Shown piece by piece: positions 24,091-26,507 of a DNA stretch of 26,507 nucleotides. Where the stretch lies: positions 80,259 through 106,765 of IMG/VR virus record IMGVR_UViG_3300011772_000022; one strand, given 5' to 3'. Position 1 is the first letter of the stretch. The number at the start of each line of letters is the position of its first letter. The notes beneath the pieces were generated by a model. That model was given only the letters and a program-made list of their open reading frames with translations. It made no database searches and was not told the DNA's origin. The translations under genes were made by a program, and so were the position numbers. This DNA comes from a virus. Taxonomy: Duplodnaviria > Heunggongvirae > Uroviricota > Caudoviricetes.

Positions 24091-25905
24091 TTACTCAACA
24101 AAATCATCTCCCCACTCGAATGTTTTCTCAAATTGTCCTCTTTCATATGAATCAGGATTGTGTGGGCGGTGGCGCCAATACTCAACCTGCTTCTTATAAA
24201 GTCCATTACCATCTTGTTCATTGTTTAGCCATTCAGCAAATTTAATCCACTGCTTTAAACTAAATTGGTTGACGGCTTCTGCTTTATCTCCGATGAAATC
24301 ATCCCAGTTTACTCCTGCATCCATTACAATTCGTTTCCATCTTGCTCGATGGTGTTTACCGAATTTGTCATAGGAGCGGAGGCGGTGTCCATCAAACCAG
24401 AATGACATCCCGTGCTTTGCTCCGGATAACCATGTTGTGGAATCGACCGAGTAGAACGGGAAACGTTTCATCATTTCAATATTTGTGATGGCAACACGAT
24501 TGTTACTCACCTTGCGGTGGGATAGGTCGTTTCGGTTCCGCCTATCTCCCTATATTTCTATAGGGGTCAGACTGTCGCATGACTCGTTCCATGATGTTCG
24601 TCAAAGAGTTGCGTATATAGTTTGGTTTGCCCACTTTGTTCCCGAAGAAGTTCATCAATACCTAAGTCTGCTTTCGTCATATTCAATCGACCAACCCGTA
24701 ACATATCACACATGTTCGTAATTACTCGACGTTCTCTGATTTCCTCTTCTGTATAAGGGTTCATATTAGTACGTTTGTCTGCTCTAGCATTCATTTCCTT
24801 TACCATATCGTAAATATTCGCCCACATATCAAAATCTCGGCTCTTTTTAGCCTGTAACGGGTATTTAGTAAAGATATGATGAATTACCTCACAATGACGA
24901 ATTCCGTCATAATGAAGTGTTACTTGAGCAGTCACATCGTTCTTACGTTTTCTATGATAGATTGCTCCTTCACCCATTCCGAATGAATCCAACCAATCTT
25001 TGATATCGTAAAGAATTTGTGCATCATCTTCCCGTACCTGTATGCCCCATCTAAAGGAGAAAGCAGTTCGTTTGTATTTCTTTTTTGTTTCCCGGAACAG
25101 TGGTCTAGCGATGAAATAGCTCTCACCATCTGCAAACCCTGCTAAGTACCACCCTTTTTGCTCATCAGTTAGTTCACCAAACATAATTCCCACCCCTAGT
25201 TCGTTATAGTAATTCCTATAACCAATTATAAATGGTGTTGGTAAACTATGTCAACGAGTCCTTCCTCGCTCAGTCGTTCACGGTCCTCAAAAGGTTCCGC
25301 CCTGTTGCCCTCGTCTTTACGTTAGGGGTTCCAAGTCAATCAGAGGAAGTTTTACACGGTCTAGCCATTAAACCGTGAACCCTTGTACCATATTTCGCTG
25401 CAATTCTCATCCGGCTCCCAATGTATCGTGAAAGGTAATTCGTTGATACATCTGGAACCGAACCGAATGCCACATACGGATAGTTCTTACATAAGTATTC
25501 GATATAGGCTCTCGTATCCCGTCTATGAATAACGGGAAGGAGGTTGTCCAGTTTCAAATCAAGCAGCTTCTCTCTGTTTTTCGTCTTCTGATACATATTA
25601 CCGACGTCGAGTTCGGCGCAGATATGAAATTGGTCTGCCATATACTTCAGGAATTGATAGTATTCCTTGAGGTATATCGATAGCTCATGCTCGATATCCT
25701 TTGCAGTTCGCCCATCCTTTACCATTTGCTCTCTAAAAGAGAAGGCTCCTGAATCCAAGAAGACCCGTGGAAAGGATTTAATAACCTGTGCTACCTTCTT
25801 ATCACTTTTATGTCTCATATAATAGAAGGTTGCCAGTGCATTCTCTACTTCATTTTCTTTTAGAATCCGAGTCATTGATTCGGCTCCTGCGAAGAACGTA
25901 TGCAA
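24091..25905 (-). CDS. dpdA: DpdA-like/TGT-fold guanine transglycosylase, spliced: exon 1 25905-25371, exon 2 24494-24091 (312 aa)
   Basis: AAGGAGG then TTG start; FLDSGAFS, ELDV, LPVIH, YVAFG in exon 1; splicing gives RVHGFAITNIEMMKRFPFYSVDSTTWLSG; adjacent to queC-like gene. Confidence 0.75.
24567..25184 (-). CDS. Intron-encoded single-motif LAGLIDADG homing endonuclease
   Basis: WYLAGFADGESYF motif and FTKYPLQAKKSRDFDMW segment; in P8 loop; ATG 25184 behind AGGGGTG. Confidence 0.88.
   Translation of the reverse strand: MFGELTDEQKGWYLAGFADGESYFIARPLFRETKKKYKRTAFSFRWGIQVREDDAQILYDIKDWLDSFGMGEGAIYHRKRKNDVTAQVTLHYDGIRHCEVIHHIFTKYPLQAKKSRDFDMWANIYDMVKEMNARADKRTNMNPYTEEEIRERRVITNMCDMLRVGRLNMTKADLGIDELLREQSGQTKLYTQLFDEHHGTSHATV
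25225..25254 (-). promoter_or_regulatory. Intron-internal sigmaA promoter for the endonuclease
   Basis: TTGACA (25254-25249), 18 nt, TATAAT (25230-25225). Confidence 0.75.
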
Positions 25906-25919
25906 GGCATCTTCCTCCT

Positions 25920-26504
25920 TTACAATTTCCCTGCTTTTTTGAAAGCATCAATAATTTCTTGTCCTCGTTTACCCGGATATTGCCCTAATCTAGCTCGACG
26001 AAGGTAATCCTTTGCTAATCTCGTTTCAAGTGGAGGTAGTTCATACTCTTCCTTGATATCATTCAAGTAAAAAGCAATGAATCTTCTGAAGCAGGCTCCA
26101 CAATTTCCACAAGGTTTCTTATCTCTCCCTGCATCATAACAAGAATGAGTCGCTAGTAAACCTGCAATTGGTAATCCTTGCTCTTTATACCATTTTACCA
26201 TATCCACTTTGGTCATCGTCCAAAAAGGTGTATCTACCTTGACCTCTCGGCAATTCAACTCGGAAAGAAGTTCTGACATGCGTAAGTAACCAGTGAAGGA
26301 ACGGTCTGGTAAATCTGTCTCACCTTGTTGGGTAATTAACCACACCCTGTCAGCGCCCCACATTGCCCCTACATGAGCCAGAAGAGAATTTCGTAATGGA
26401 ATATGTGCATTGTCCTCTTCCCATCGTCCTAAGGAAAGTGTGGAGTCCAGAATGACATGTTTATCGTCCATAAATTCCGTTGTACGGTGGATTGCATCAA
26501 TTTC
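25920..26504 (-). CDS. queC: QueC-like 7-cyano-7-deazaguanine synthase, N-terminus missing from window
   Basis: HIPLRNSLLA, TPFWTMTKVDMV, SCY...PCGNCGACFRR zinc motif; SGGxDS PP-loop not in window. Confidence 0.8.
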   Translation of the reverse strand, partial: EIDAIHRTTEFMDDKHVILDSTLSLGRWEEDNAHIPLRNSLLAHVGAMWGADRVWLITQQGETDLPDRSFTGYLRMSELLSELNCREVKVDTPFWTMTKVDMVKWYKEQGLPIAGLLATHSCYDAGRDKKPCGNCGACFRRFIAFYLNDIKEEYELPPLETRLAKDYLRRARLGQYPGKRGQEIIDAFKKAGKL

Positions 26505-26507
26505 TTA

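Larger units (their letters stand above)
24495..25370 (-). mobile_element. Group I self-splicing intron, 876 nt
   Basis: P1 CACGGUU/GACCGUG ending in U.G at the 5' splice site; P3 CUUCCUC/GAGGAAG; P7 GACUG/CAGUC; P8 GACUCGUU/AACGAGUC; P9 CCCUAUA-GAAA-UAUAGGG; terminal G 24495; P10 AUGGCUA with UUGCCAU; removal restores frame. Confidence 0.92.

Noticed and set aside
24495-24497. Alternative 3' splice site at G 24497 giving VHGFVA
   Set aside because: P1 puts the U.G pair at 25371 and P10 pairs with UUGCCAU; only G 24495 fits both and the frame.
24091-25905. Treating 25336-25905 and 24091-24510 as two genes
   Set aside because: They are exons; the tail LMARPCKTSSD and head MSNNRV are intron sequence.
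448-25988. Plus-strand ORFs such as 2648-2947, 3514-3870, 8267-8665, 9632-10042, 14253-14696, 16539-16904
   Set aside because: Antisense shadows of real genes; S/F/L-rich, no RBS.
1-26507. tRNA, rRNA, integrase or transposase genes
   Set aside because: No cloverleaf, rRNA or recombinase/transposase motifs seen.

Overview
Segment of a tailed dsDNA phage genome, most likely infecting a Bacillus-like Firmicute (GGAGG RBSs, sigmaA-type promoters). Every credible gene is on the minus strand. In transcription order: (i) a 7-deazaguanine DNA-modification module: a 5'-truncated queC-like gene and a dpdA/TGT-like gene interrupted by an 876-nt group I intron (24495-25370) carrying a LAGLIDADG homing endonuclease with its own promoter; (ii) small genes ending in a Cys4/helical protein (possible small terminase); (iii) a ~14 kb accessory/early region (about 8.6-22.7 kb) of short hypothetical genes, many preceded by a -10 box and a shared TCACA(C) leader motif, broken by non-coding islands full of phased repeats, palindromes and motifs shared between islands; (iv) a packaging/head module: terminase large subunit, small genes, glutaredoxin, PhoH, portal, gp7-like protein, scaffold, N4-gp56-type major capsid protein and the start of an Ig-like protein. 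All calls come from reading motifs by eye; no database search or folding program was run.
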